Source: Campylobacterales bacterium (GTDB lineage: Bacteria; Campylobacterota; Campylobacteria; Campylobacterales; Sulfurimonadaceae). Taken from it: a DNA stretch of 14,866 bases. Positions 6,922 through 14,866 of this stretch are shown piece after piece; within the stretch, counting starts at the first letter, position 1, and each line of letters starts with the position of its first letter. The DNA lies in assembly GCA_038205935.1 (NCBI GenBank), contig JBBRBK010000049.1, positions 1-14,866 on the forward strand, given 5' to 3'. The translations under genes and the position numbers were made by a program. The notes under the pieces were generated by a model. That model was given only the letters and a program-made list of their open reading frames with translations, did no database searches and was not told the DNA's origin.

Positions 6922-7713
6922 ATGAAATTATTAGCTGGTCCTTGCGTTATTGAAAGTGAAGAAAATATCTTCAAAATAGCCAAGGCGTTAGAAGTTTATC
7001 AAAATGATCCAACCATAGATTTTTATTTTAAATCGAGTTTTGACAAGGCAAATCGTACATCACTAGAGAGCTTTCGTGGTCTTGGGATTGATGAGGGATT
7101 GCGTATTTTAGAAAAGGTCAAAAACGATTTTGGATACAAAGTCGTCACAGATGTTCATGAATCTCATCAAGTTTCTGCGGTGGCTGAGGTAGTAGATATG
7201 CTTCAGATTCCGGCATTTTTGTGTCGTCAAACAGACCTACTTGTCGCATGTGCAAAAACGACAAAAGAGGTCAATATCAAAAAAGGGCAGTTCATTAACC
7301 CGCCCGATATGAAATACTCAGTCGCAAAAGTGCTGAAAACTCGCGGATGTGATGAAGTGAGCTATGAAAACTCCAAAAAACACGGAGTCTATCTGTGTGA
7401 AAGAGGAAGCTCTTTTGGCTATGGAAATATCGTCGTGGACATGAGAAGTCTTGTCATCATGAGAGAGTTTGCTCCGACGATTTTTGATGCGACTCACTCT
7501 GTTCAAGCTCCAGGTGCGCTTGGTGGAAAAACAGGTGGCGACAGTTCAATGGTGCCTTATCTTTCAAGCGCGGCTGCGGCTGTTGGCGTAGATGGTTTCT
7601 TTTTTGAAACTCACTTCGATCCAAGTATCGCGCTGAGTGATGGACCAAATATGATAAAACTTGATGACCTTGAAAAACTCATCGCAAAAATTAAAAAAAT
7701 TCAAGCAATATAG
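6922..7713 (+). CDS. kdsA: 3-deoxy-D-manno-octulosonate 8-phosphate synthase
   Basis: Motifs [46 protein letters not shown] and SDGPN. Confidence 0.97.
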   Translation: MKLLAGPCVIESEENIFKIAKALEVYQNDPTIDFYFKSSFDKANRTSLESFRGLGIDEGLRILEKVKNDFGYKVVTDVHESHQVSAVAEVVDMLQIPAFLCRQTDLLVACAKTTKEVNIKKGQFINPPDMKYSVAKVLKTRGCDEVSYENSKKHGVYLCERGSSFGYGNIVVDMRSLVIMREFAPTIFDATHSVQAPGALGGKTGGDSSMVPYLSSAAAAVGVDGFFFETHFDPSIALSDGPNMIKLDDLEKLIAKIKKIQAI

Positions 7714-7722
7714 GAGAATATA

Positions 7723-8190
7723 ATGACGTTAATCGAAGGCAAATTAAAAGTTACAAATGGTAAAAAAATAGCGATCGTAAGCACAAGATGGAATCACTTC
7801 ATCGTAGATAGACTCGTAGAAGGTGCAAAAGACGCGTTCGCACGTCACGGCGGAGATGATGGGGATCTAACACATGTACTTCTTCCAGGTGCATATGAGC
7901 TTCCGATGGTTATTGATAAACTACTCGCAACTGGCAAATATGATGCAATCTGTGCTTTGGGTGCTGTGATCCGTGGTTCAACTCCTCATTTTGACTATGT
8001 GGCGGCTGAAGCGACAAAAGGGATAGCGACGATGAGTTTAAAATACCAAAAACCGGTATCTTTTGGACTTTTAACTACTGATACTATTGAGCAAGCTATC
8101 GAGCGTGCGGGAACAAAAGCAGGAAACAAAGGTTTTGAAGCGATGACAACAGTTATCGAAATGCTTGACCTTTTTGAAAATATCGGTTAA
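7723..8190 (+). CDS. ribH: 6,7-dimethyl-8-ribityllumazine synthase
   Basis: Motifs [22 protein letters not shown] and [15 protein letters not shown]. Confidence 0.97.
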   Translation: MTLIEGKLKVTNGKKIAIVSTRWNHFIVDRLVEGAKDAFARHGGDDGDLTHVLLPGAYELPMVIDKLLATGKYDAICALGAVIRGSTPHFDYVAAEATKGIATMSLKYQKPVSFGLLTTDTIEQAIERAGTKAGNKGFEAMTTVIEMLDLFENIG

Positions 8191-8193
8191 ATA

Positions 8194-8297
8194 ATCGTAC
8201 TAGTACGATGAGCTTTCTGCTGAAGAAAACTTAGCGTTAGCGTAGGTTTGGGAATTACTTCCCAAACCGTAATAAATAGATGGAGGGTTTCCTTCAT
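8194..8297. repeat. Palindrome cluster / GTAG-type REP-like element in the ribH-nusB spacer
   Basis: Perfect 16-bp palindrome ATCGTACTAGTACGAT (8194-8209). GTAG (8242-8245) runs into a 10-bp stem GGTTTGGGAA-TTAC-TTCCCAAACC (8245-8268). A further hairpin lies at 8280-8297. Confidence 0.6.
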
Positions 8298-8325
8298 TTT
8301 ATGAAATAAAATTAAGGGATATATT

Positions 8326-8730
8326 ATGGCGACACGTCACCAAGCCAGAATGGCAGTTGTAAGTTTATTGTATGCGTTTGATCTAGGAAATGGAAATATT
8401 GCTGAACACAGTGATGAGATTTTAGAAGAAAAAAAGATCCGTAATAAACAGCGTGATTTTGCGATCACTTTATTTGATGGCGTCATGGAAAATCTTCCTC
8501 GCGTAGATGCGGCGATTATGAAGCACTTAAAAGACTGGGATTTTGAACGTCTTGGCGCAGTAGAGCGTGCGACTCTTCGTTTGGGTGCGTATGAGATTCT
8601 TTTTAGTGAACTTGATTCTGCTGTTGTTATCAATGAAGCGATCGAAGTAGCAAAAGCGTTTGCGACAGAACAGTCGCCAAAATTTATCAATGGTGTATTG
8701 GACTCTATTTCTAAAGATAAAGAAGCATAA
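8326..8730 (+). CDS. nusB: Transcription antitermination factor NusB
   Basis: Motifs MATRHQAR, WDFERLGAVERATLR, VVINEAIEVAK and KFINGVLD; follows ribH. Confidence 0.96.
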   Translation: MATRHQARMAVVSLLYAFDLGNGNIAEHSDEILEEKKIRNKQRDFAITLFDGVMENLPRVDAAIMKHLKDWDFERLGAVERATLRLGAYEILFSELDSAVVINEAIEVAKAFATEQSPKFINGVLDSISKDKEA

Positions 8731-8749
8731 TAGTTAAGGCGGAGTAAGT

Positions 8750-9193
8750 ATGAAAAAATTTCTTTTTTTAGCTCTATTGAGCAGTTCACTTTTTGCGAGT
8801 GATATGGTCATTCAAAATAGTAGTTGCAGTGTTGATCAAACAGTAGAAAATATCAAAAATATTATTACTACCAAAAATTTAGAACTTTTTGCCGTGATTG
8901 ATCACTCTGAGGGTGCAAAAAAAATCGGTATGAACTTAAATGACTCCAAAATGATTATCTTTGGAAATCCTAAGATGGGTACTGTTTTAATGCAACAAGA
9001 TATGAGAACAGGGCTTGATCTCCCTTTACGTGTGCTTGTGTATAAAGATAAAGATGGCGTAGTGAAGATGGCGTATCGAGATGGGAAATGGCTTGCATCA
9101 GAACATGCAATCAGCGCTGAGAAATTACTCTCAAATATGAACAGTGCACTTGAAAATATTACAAAGAAAGCCGGACAATGCAAAAAAGATTGA
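8750..9193 (+). CDS. DUF302-family secreted protein
   Basis: Signal peptide followed by FAVIDHS, IIFGNPKMGT and GLDLPLRVLVY, characteristic of DUF302. Confidence 0.85.
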   Translation: MKKFLFLALLSSSLFASDMVIQNSSCSVDQTVENIKNIITTKNLELFAVIDHSEGAKKIGMNLNDSKMIIFGNPKMGTVLMQQDMRTGLDLPLRVLVYKDKDGVVKMAYRDGKWLASEHAISAEKLLSNMNSALENITKKAGQCKKD

Positions 9194-10230
9194 CGAAAGA
9201 GGAAGCTCTTAAACTCATCCGTGAGGCTGATCTCAAAGAGCTAGGTCGCATGGCAAGTGCGCGTAAAAAAGAGTTACATCCAGATGGAATCACAACTTTT
9301 GTCATCGATAGAAATATCAACTACACAAACATTTGCTGGGTGGATTGTAAGTTTTGCGCGTTTTATCGTCATGAAAAAGATGCTGATGCGTATGTTCTAA
9401 CATTTGAAGAGATTGATGCAAAGATTGATGAACTCTTAGAAATAGGTGGAACGCAGATCCTTTTTCAAGGTGGCGTGCATCCAAAACTCAAAATCGAATG
9501 GTACGAAGATCTAGTCGGTCATATCCACACAAAATATCCGACTATTACGATTCATGGATTTTCTTCCATAGAGATCGATTTTATCGCAAAAGTTTCTCGC
9601 ATTAGTGTTGAAGAGGTTTTAGAACGCTTACATGTAAAGGGTTTGGCTTCCATTCCTGGCGCTGGAGCAGAGATACTCAGCGACCGTGTTCGTGATATCA
9701 TTGCCCCTAAAAAGATTGACTCTGAAGTTTGGGTTGATATCCACAGAAAAGCGCATAAACTTGGCATAAAATCAACGGCGACGATGATGTATGGAACAGT
9801 TGAGAGCGATGAAGAGATCATTGATCACTTTGAAATGGTTCGTAATCTTCAAGATGAAACAGGCGGTTTTCGTGCGTTTATCATGTGGAGTTTTCAGGGG
9901 CAAAACACGGAGCTTTTAAAACTTATACCAGATATGGAAAAACAAACTCCAAACAGATATCTTCGACTTTTGGCAGTGGCTCGTTTGTTCTTAGATAATG
10001 TACCAAATATCCAAAGTTCTTGGGTTACGCAAGGGCCGTACATCGGTCAGATGGCACTAAATTTTGGAGCAAATGATCTTGGCTCTACGATGATGGAAGA
10101 AAACGTTGTTAAAAGTGCGGGCGCAGGGTATAGAATGGCAAAAGATGAGATGATAAATCTTATCCGTGATATCGGCGAGATTCCAGCTGTACGAAATACC
10201 GCGTACGAGACATTGGAGATTTTTGCGTAA
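9178..10230 (+). CDS. mqnC: Dehypoxanthine futalosine cyclase (radical SAM, futalosine menaquinone pathway)
   Basis: RNINYTNICWVDCKFC (CxxxCxxC), PGAGAEIL, QSSWVTQG and GSTMMEENVV; gene order mqnC-M16-recG. Confidence 0.92.
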   Translation: MQKRLTKEEALKLIREADLKELGRMASARKKELHPDGITTFVIDRNINYTNICWVDCKFCAFYRHEKDADAYVLTFEEIDAKIDELLEIGGTQILFQGGVHPKLKIEWYEDLVGHIHTKYPTITIHGFSSIEIDFIAKVSRISVEEVLERLHVKGLASIPGAGAEILSDRVRDIIAPKKIDSEVWVDIHRKAHKLGIKSTATMMYGTVESDEEIIDHFEMVRNLQDETGGFRAFIMWSFQGQNTELLKLIPDMEKQTPNRYLRLLAVARLFLDNVPNIQSSWVTQGPYIGQMALNFGANDLGSTMMEENVVKSAGAGYRMAKDEMINLIRDIGEIPAVRNTAYETLEIFA

Positions 10231-11513
10231 TGAAATATTTTTTAATTTTACTTTTTTTAGGACAGGCAATTATGGCAGCAACAGTGAATTATATTGAAGT
10301 AAAAGGTGTCAAAATCCCTTTGATTTTTGAAGAGGAAAAGCGTTTACCAATCGTTTCTATGCAGCTTGTATTTAAAAATGCGGGAACCATTACAGACACA
10401 GTCAAAACAGAAGGGCTTGCAAAGATAAGCTCGAAGATGATGAATGAGGGAACGATTTCTCTTGGAAGTAACGGTTTTGCGACTAAGCTTGATCAAAAAG
10501 CCATTCAACTTGGTGCATCTGTGGGAGCTGAGACTTTGGTGATCGAGTGTAGTTCGTTAAAAGATCAGTTTGACGAGGGTACACAGCTTTTTTCCTCTTT
10601 ACTCAAAGAGCCAAATATCACGAAAAAAGCGCTTGATAAAGTCAAAACTGACATCATCGGAACCCTCAGCGCAAAAGAAAATGATTTTGATTATGTAGCA
10701 GATAATGCTTTAAAATCGATCCTTTTTGAGGGAACTCCTTTAGCATTGCCCGATCTTGGAACAGTGGCGAGCGTGAAAAAGATCAAACTTTCTGAAGTGC
10801 AGGCATTTTTAAAACAGCATCTTATTTTGTCAAATATGATCATAGTAATGGGTGGCGACATTACACTCGAAGAAGCGAAGAAAAAAGCTGTAATGCTTGC
10901 TTCAAATCTTGAAGTTGGTAAAGCGACATCTGTAAAACACTACCCAACGTCTAGCGCACAAAAAGAAAAGATTCTAAAACGTGAAACGCAACAAGCTTAT
11001 CTTTATTTTGGTTCACCATACAACCTCACCGCCGCTGATAAAGAAAACTACAAAGCAAGAGTTGCAACATATATCCTCGGAACTGGCGGTTTTGGAAGCA
11101 GGCTTATGGAAGAAGTTAGGGTGAAAAAAGGGTTGGCATATTCTGCGTATGCTCGTGTTTCTATCAGCAAATCAAGTTCATACATGACTGGGTATCTTCA
11201 AACAAAACTTGAGTCTTTGGATGATGCAAAAGCAACGGTTAAAAGTGTTTTTGAAGATTTTGTAGAAGATGGCGTGACGCAAGATGAACTCGATCAAACG
11301 AAGAAGTTTTTACTTGGAAGTGAGCCGCTTCGCGTTGAAACTCTTTCTCAGCGTCTTTCTCGCACATTTATGGAGTTTTACAAAGGCGAAGAGCTTGGAC
11401 ATTCAGAGAAAGAATTAGAGTTGATAAAAAATCTCAAACTCTCAGATCTCAATGACTATATCAAAAAACACAAAGAGATTCTCTCTCTTTCTTATGCGGT
11501 TGTTACAAAATAG
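10230..11513 (+). CDS. M16 (pitrilysin/insulinase) family peptidase-like protein, probably non-catalytic
   Basis: GGFGSRLMEEVRVKKGLAYS motif. The HXXEH position reads GLAKISSKMMNEGT. Signal peptide present; TAATG coupling to mqnC. Confidence 0.85.
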   Translation: MKYFLILLFLGQAIMAATVNYIEVKGVKIPLIFEEEKRLPIVSMQLVFKNAGTITDTVKTEGLAKISSKMMNEGTISLGSNGFATKLDQKAIQLGASVGAETLVIECSSLKDQFDEGTQLFSSLLKEPNITKKALDKVKTDIIGTLSAKENDFDYVADNALKSILFEGTPLALPDLGTVASVKKIKLSEVQAFLKQHLILSNMIIVMGGDITLEEAKKKAVMLASNLEVGKATSVKHYPTSSAQKEKILKRETQQAYLYFGSPYNLTAADKENYKARVATYILGTGGFGSRLMEEVRVKKGLAYSAYARVSISKSSSYMTGYLQTKLESLDDAKATVKSVFEDFVEDGVTQDELDQTKKFLLGSEPLRVETLSQRLSRTFMEFYKGEELGHSEKELELIKNLKLSDLNDYIKKHKEILSLSYAVVTK

Positions 11514-11583
11514 TATTGCAAATTGCAATATAAATTTTGACTCTTTAAAACTCATAGTAGTATTGTGAGCATAAGGGGTTAAG

Positions 11584-13386
11584 ATGAGATTAGATAAAGA
11601 GGATGAGGTAAGATTTAAAAAGCTCGGCATCTCGTCTGTGCTTGACTTAGCTCTTATAATACCTCACTCTTATGAAAACCTTTCTCTTGATGAAACCTCC
11701 TTACATATAGGCATCGCTCAGCTTGTAGATGCCACTGTAAACTCCGTTGTACGAACTCCAAACTCCATCAAGATCATTCTCTATGCACATAACTTTTCTC
11801 ATACACTTGAAGCTATTTTTTTTAAACCAAAACCCTACATGTTGCATCAGTTTATTGTCGGTGAGCGTTACTATTTTTATGGCGTTATTAACTGTAGTGG
11901 CGGGCACTGTACGCTTTCTCAGCCTAAAAAAGTGACAAATGTCGGAGGGATAGTTCCAAAATATAAAACGGCACTTAGAAGTGACACAATGATCCGCTTT
12001 ATGCAAAAACATTTGACCTCTGAAAACCTTGCCTTAGAAGGATTAAAAGAGAAGATCATAGAAAAGATACTTGCCGTGCATTTTCCAAAAGAACAGATGC
12101 CCATAGAGCCAAAAATAGGTTTTAGACCTGAGTTTGTAGAAACCTTTAAATATCTAGAACTTTACAATAATATGCGTCAACTCGCTAAAAAAAGAAGATA
12201 TTTTCAAAGCCGAGAAAAGCTGACTTCTGAGTATGAGACGTGGCAAAAAACTCTGCCATTTGAGCTTACATGTAAGCAAGTTGAAACGATAGAAGATATA
12301 AAAAAAGATTTGGCAAAAGATGTAGCGACAAAACGGATGATCGTCGGAGATGTGGGTTGTGGCAAGACGATGGTGATGCTTGCTTCAGTGATGATGGCTC
12401 GTCCACATAGAGCTGTTTTAATGGCGCCAACAACGCTTTTGGCAAATCAACTTTATGAAGAAGCTTTGAAATTTTTGCCAGAACTCAAAACTGCGTTAGT
12501 AACCAATAAAACGGCAAAGATAGACTTAGGCGAGTATGATTTTATCATCGGTACTCACGCTTTGCTTTACAGAGAACTTCCAGAGATTGCACTTGTGATG
12601 ATAGATGAACAGCACCGTTTTGGTACAGCGCAGAGAAACTTGCTTGATAAATTAGTAAGTGAAGGCGAGAAAAGAGCACACTTTTTACAGTTTAGTGCGA
12701 CACCCATTCCAAGAACTCAGGCGATGATACAAACGGCGCATATCGATGTCAGCCTCATCACAACTACACCATTTAAAAAAGATATCACAAGTCAGATAAT
12801 TCATAAAGAAGATTTTTCAGATTTGCTAGAGCATATAACAGAAGAGATAGCGCAAAATCATCAAGTCCTTTTAGTGTATCCGCTCGTAGAAGAGAGCGAA
12901 GCGTTTATGTACCAAAGTATCAGTGAGGCGAGAAGTTTTTGGGAAAAGAAATTTCTAAATATCTATGTGACACATGGAAAAGACAAAGAGAAAGAAAAAG
13001 TTTTAGTTAATTTTCGAGAAAATGGAAATATTTTGATAGCAACAACAGTCGTAGAAGTTGGTATCTCTTTGCCAAGACTCTCAACTGTTGTGATCGTCGG
13101 AGCTGAAAGGTTAGGACTTTCAACGCTGCATCAACTTCGTGGACGAGTGAGTAGAACAGGACTCAAAGGTTACTGTTATCTTTTTACATATCAAGAAAAA
13201 TCTGAACGTTTAGAGCAGTTTTGTAAAACACAAAGTGGATTTGATATCGCAGAACTCGACTTGAAATTTCGTAAAAGCGGTGATCTTTTAAAAGGTATCC
13301 ATCAAAGTGGTTCAGAATATAAATGGATAGACCTGAGTGAAGATAGTGCAATAGTTGAAGAGGTTAAAAGAGATCTTAATATTTGA
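11584..13386 (+). CDS. recG: ATP-dependent DNA helicase RecG
   Basis: Motifs GDVGCGKT, DEQHRFG, SATPIPRT, ATTVVEVG, LHQLRGRVSR and GFDIAELDLKFR. Confidence 0.96.
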   Translation: MRLDKEDEVRFKKLGISSVLDLALIIPHSYENLSLDETSLHIGIAQLVDATVNSVVRTPNSIKIILYAHNFSHTLEAIFFKPKPYMLHQFIVGERYYFYGVINCSGGHCTLSQPKKVTNVGGIVPKYKTALRSDTMIRFMQKHLTSENLALEGLKEKIIEKILAVHFPKEQMPIEPKIGFRPEFVETFKYLELYNNMRQLAKKRRYFQSREKLTSEYETWQKTLPFELTCKQVETIEDIKKDLAKDVATKRMIVGDVGCGKTMVMLASVMMARPHRAVLMAPTTLLANQLYEEALKFLPELKTALVTNKTAKIDLGEYDFIIGTHALLYRELPEIALVMIDEQHRFGTAQRNLLDKLVSEGEKRAHFLQFSATPIPRTQAMIQTAHIDVSLITTTPFKKDITSQIIHKEDFSDLLEHITEEIAQNHQVLLVYPLVEESEAFMYQSISEARSFWEKKFLNIYVTHGKDKEKEKVLVNFRENGNILIATTVVEVGISLPRLSTVVIVGAERLGLSTLHQLRGRVSRTGLKGYCYLFTYQEKSERLEQFCKTQSGFDIAELDLKFRKSGDLLKGIHQSGSEYKWIDLSEDSAIVEEVKRDLNI

Positions 13387-13402
13387 ACTATTATTTATAT
13401 TT

Positions 13403-13420
13403 TGTGTATAATTATGCACA
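13403..13420 (+). promoter_or_regulatory. Toxin-antitoxin promoter/operator: near-perfect palindrome over the -10 box
   Basis: TGTGTATAATTATGCACA (one mismatched pair) contains TATAAT at 13407-13412. A -35-like TTGAAC lies at 13383-13388. Confidence 0.65.
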
Positions 13421-13436
13421 TAAAAAAGGAGTGACT

Positions 13437-13664
13437 ATGAATACAGTGAGACTAAATATCACGCTTCCCTCTTCTATAAATGATGATATGAATCATTTTG
13501 CAGAAGAACTTAATGAAAAAAAAAGCCATATTATCTCTAAGGCGCTTGAGATGTATTTTGATTATCTTGATTTGAGAGTTGCTGAAAAAAGACTTGAAGC
13601 GAATGAGCCTACAATCTCTATGAATGAGTTTTTTAAAGATTTAGGTGCAAATGTACGAGATTGA
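13437..13664 (+). CDS. Ribbon-helix-helix antitoxin (RelB/CopG-like), 75 aa
   Basis: Start moved to the ATG at 13437 after AAGGAG. RHH beta-strand VRLNITLP, acidic C-terminal half; overlaps the toxin gene. Confidence 0.82.
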   Translation: MNTVRLNITLPSSINDDMNHFAEELNEKKSHIISKALEMYFDYLDLRVAEKRLEANEPTISMNEFFKDLGANVRD

Positions 13665-13935
13665 TTTTTCTCCTACGGCAAAAAAAGATTTTAAAAAAAT
13701 AAATAAGGCTGATATCCAATTTATATATGATGCTCTATTTGAATTTGTAAAAAAATTCTCATCAGAGTATGAAATCTCTTTAATGTCAAATGGAAAAATA
13801 AAAAAATTACAGGGTCAAAAAGAGGTTTTGTATCGTCTAAAACTTCGCTCATTTCGAGTGATTTATAAAAAATATGAAGATAAACTAGTGATCTTAGTTT
13901 TGAATGTAACCACTCGAGAGGGTGCTTATAAATAG
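13651..13935 (+). CDS. RelE/ParE-family type II toxin
   Basis: MYEIDFSPTAKKDFKK...IKKLQG...YRLKLRSFRVIY...LVILVLNVTTREGAY; basic. ATG at 13651 follows AGGTG. Confidence 0.88.
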   Translation: MYEIDFSPTAKKDFKKINKADIQFIYDALFEFVKKFSSEYEISLMSNGKIKKLQGQKEVLYRLKLRSFRVIYKKYEDKLVILVLNVTTREGAYK

Positions 13936-13949
13936 AGGAAATAAATTGA

Positions 13950-14016
13950 CTTATACCCAAAGGGCACTTTGCATGTAAGAAAAAACTCTTACGCAAAAGT
14001 GCACTTTACATGTAAG
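13950..14016 (+). repeat. 27-bp repeat copy C (13950-13976) plus degenerate copy D (~13988-14016), with a long hairpin in the relE/hpf convergent spacer
   Basis: CTTATACCCAAAGGGCACTTTGCATGT followed by CTTACGCAAAAGTGCACTTTACATGTAAG. Segment 13965-14002 can fold (GCACTTT/AAAGTGC, GTAAGA/TCTTAC). Confidence 0.8.
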
Positions 14017-14020
14017 GCTA

Positions 14021-14563
14021 TTAATATAGCCCGAAACGTGCATCATTTCTTTTGTAAAGAACGCGAGTTTTACCTTCATGATCTAAAAAGATAGAAAACA
14101 TTTTTCCACTTTCTTTGAGTTCTTCGAGTACGTCAGCAACTTCACGAGGTTTGTAGAGTTCGAGTTCTACTGGAACGATCTCGTCCTCTTCTTTCTCAGC
14201 TGCTTCATGGATATCGATATGCCCATTTGAGAGAGCTTTAACTTCGTTAATACCGACTTTATGATGATCTACATCACGGTCATGCATGCGGCGAAGAGCT
14301 TTTTGCGCGCGATCTGTTGCAATGTCTATGGCAGCATAAAGATCAGTCTCATTTTGTTTGATGATGACAGAGTTTTTTGAAGCGAGGTTAATAGTAAACT
14401 CTACGCTTACACCAGTTTTGCCTTTGCGCTCATTTGCCGAGGCTACCGCTGTGACTGAGATAATGTCTAAATGAAATTTTTTCAGTGTTTCTATAGAGTT
14501 ATTTAAGTGTTGTTTGATCGGGTCTGTAAGTTCTACATGTCGTCCTACAAGTGATATATTCAT
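14021..14563 (-). CDS. raiA: Ribosome hibernation promoting factor / RaiA family, long form
   Basis: S30AE-type N-terminus (MNISLVGRHVELTDPIK...DLYAAIDIATDRAQKALRR) and C-terminal VLYKRNDARFGL. Confidence 0.9.
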   Translation of the reverse strand: MNISLVGRHVELTDPIKQHLNNSIETLKKFHLDIISVTAVASANERKGKTGVSVEFTINLASKNSVIIKQNETDLYAAIDIATDRAQKALRRMHDRDVDHHKVGINEVKALSNGHIDIHEAAEKEEDEIVPVELELYKPREVADVLEELKESGKMFSIFLDHEGKTRVLYKRNDARFGLY

Positions 14564-14592
14564 AGTTAAATCCTTTAGTTGAAAGTACTATG

Positions 14593-14601
14593 ATTATATC
14601 A
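14593..14601 (-). promoter_or_regulatory. Extended -10 promoter (TGaTATAAT) for hpf/raiA
   Basis: The minus strand reads TGATATAAT about 30 nt upstream of the ATG; AAGGA RBS. Confidence 0.55.
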
Positions 14602-14617
14602 TTAAAAAATTAATTAT

Positions 14618-14866
14618 TTATAATTTTTGTATTGTGCGTCTAAAATATCTTATTGGTTCAGTGGAAACGTTTGCAACGCTATTCACTGTTATGTCTAAAA
14701 GAACTGTTCCATTGGACTCAGGAGTACTAATGTTTTGAATATAGTTAAATCCATTTTGACAATTAAGACCAATATAACCGATACTGACATTTATATCAAA
14801 AATCGGGTTTATTGATGTTGGATATTGTATATTTACTGCTCCCAAACAGCTTGTATTTCCATTCGC
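14618..14866 (-). CDS. Hypothetical protein, C-terminal part (open to the right edge)
   Basis: The frame stays open beyond the ORF-track start (ANGNTSC-LGAVNIQ...EPIRYFRRTIQKL). No function recognisable with confidence. Confidence 0.55.
   Translation of the reverse strand, partial: ANGNTSCLGAVNIQYPTSINPIFDINVSIGYIGLNCQNGFNYIQNISTPESNGTVLLDITVNSVANVSTEPIRYFRRTIQKL

Noticed and set aside
8191..8325. FMN riboswitch or tRNA next to ribH
   Set aside because: It lies downstream of ribH and lacks FMN aptamer motifs and tRNA T-loop/cloverleaf signatures.
10230..11513. Missing HXXEH in the M16 protein as a novelty
   Set aside because: Non-catalytic M16B subunits are common, and this gene position next to mqnC and recG is ordinary for the phylum.
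13950..14016. Mini CRISPR array formed by repeat copies C and D
   Set aside because: Only two divergent units about 38 nt apart with a spacer of about 10 nt, no cas genes, and other copies are dispersed.

Overview
Low-GC chromosomal window from a Campylobacterota bacterium, probably Sulfurimonas/Sulfuricurvum-like; this is inferred from protein content and the DMT-kdsA-ribH-nusB and mqnC-M16 peptidase-recG gene orders. Most genes are housekeeping: cytochrome c, MscS, djlA-like, DMT, kdsA, ribH, nusB, DUF302, mqnC, M16-like protein, recG and hpf/raiA. Five things stand out. (1) A ~2.7 kb cassette (small ORF + beta-carbonic anhydrase + SulP) is bracketed by a perfect 23-bp direct repeat. (2) Its first ORF looks like a leaderless, signal-peptide-bearing leader with a C-terminal QPPD motif, a C-rich/G-poor rut-like tract and a hairpin beside the carbonic anhydrase RBS, so it is a candidate translation-arrest regulator of inorganic carbon uptake. 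(3) A dispersed 27-bp hairpin repeat occurs in two intergenic regions and also in frame inside the DMT coding sequence. (4) The purine phosphoribosyltransferase gene carries an in-frame TAG. (5) There is a GTAG-REP-like palindrome cluster between ribH and nusB and a RelBE-type toxin-antitoxin islet after recG.
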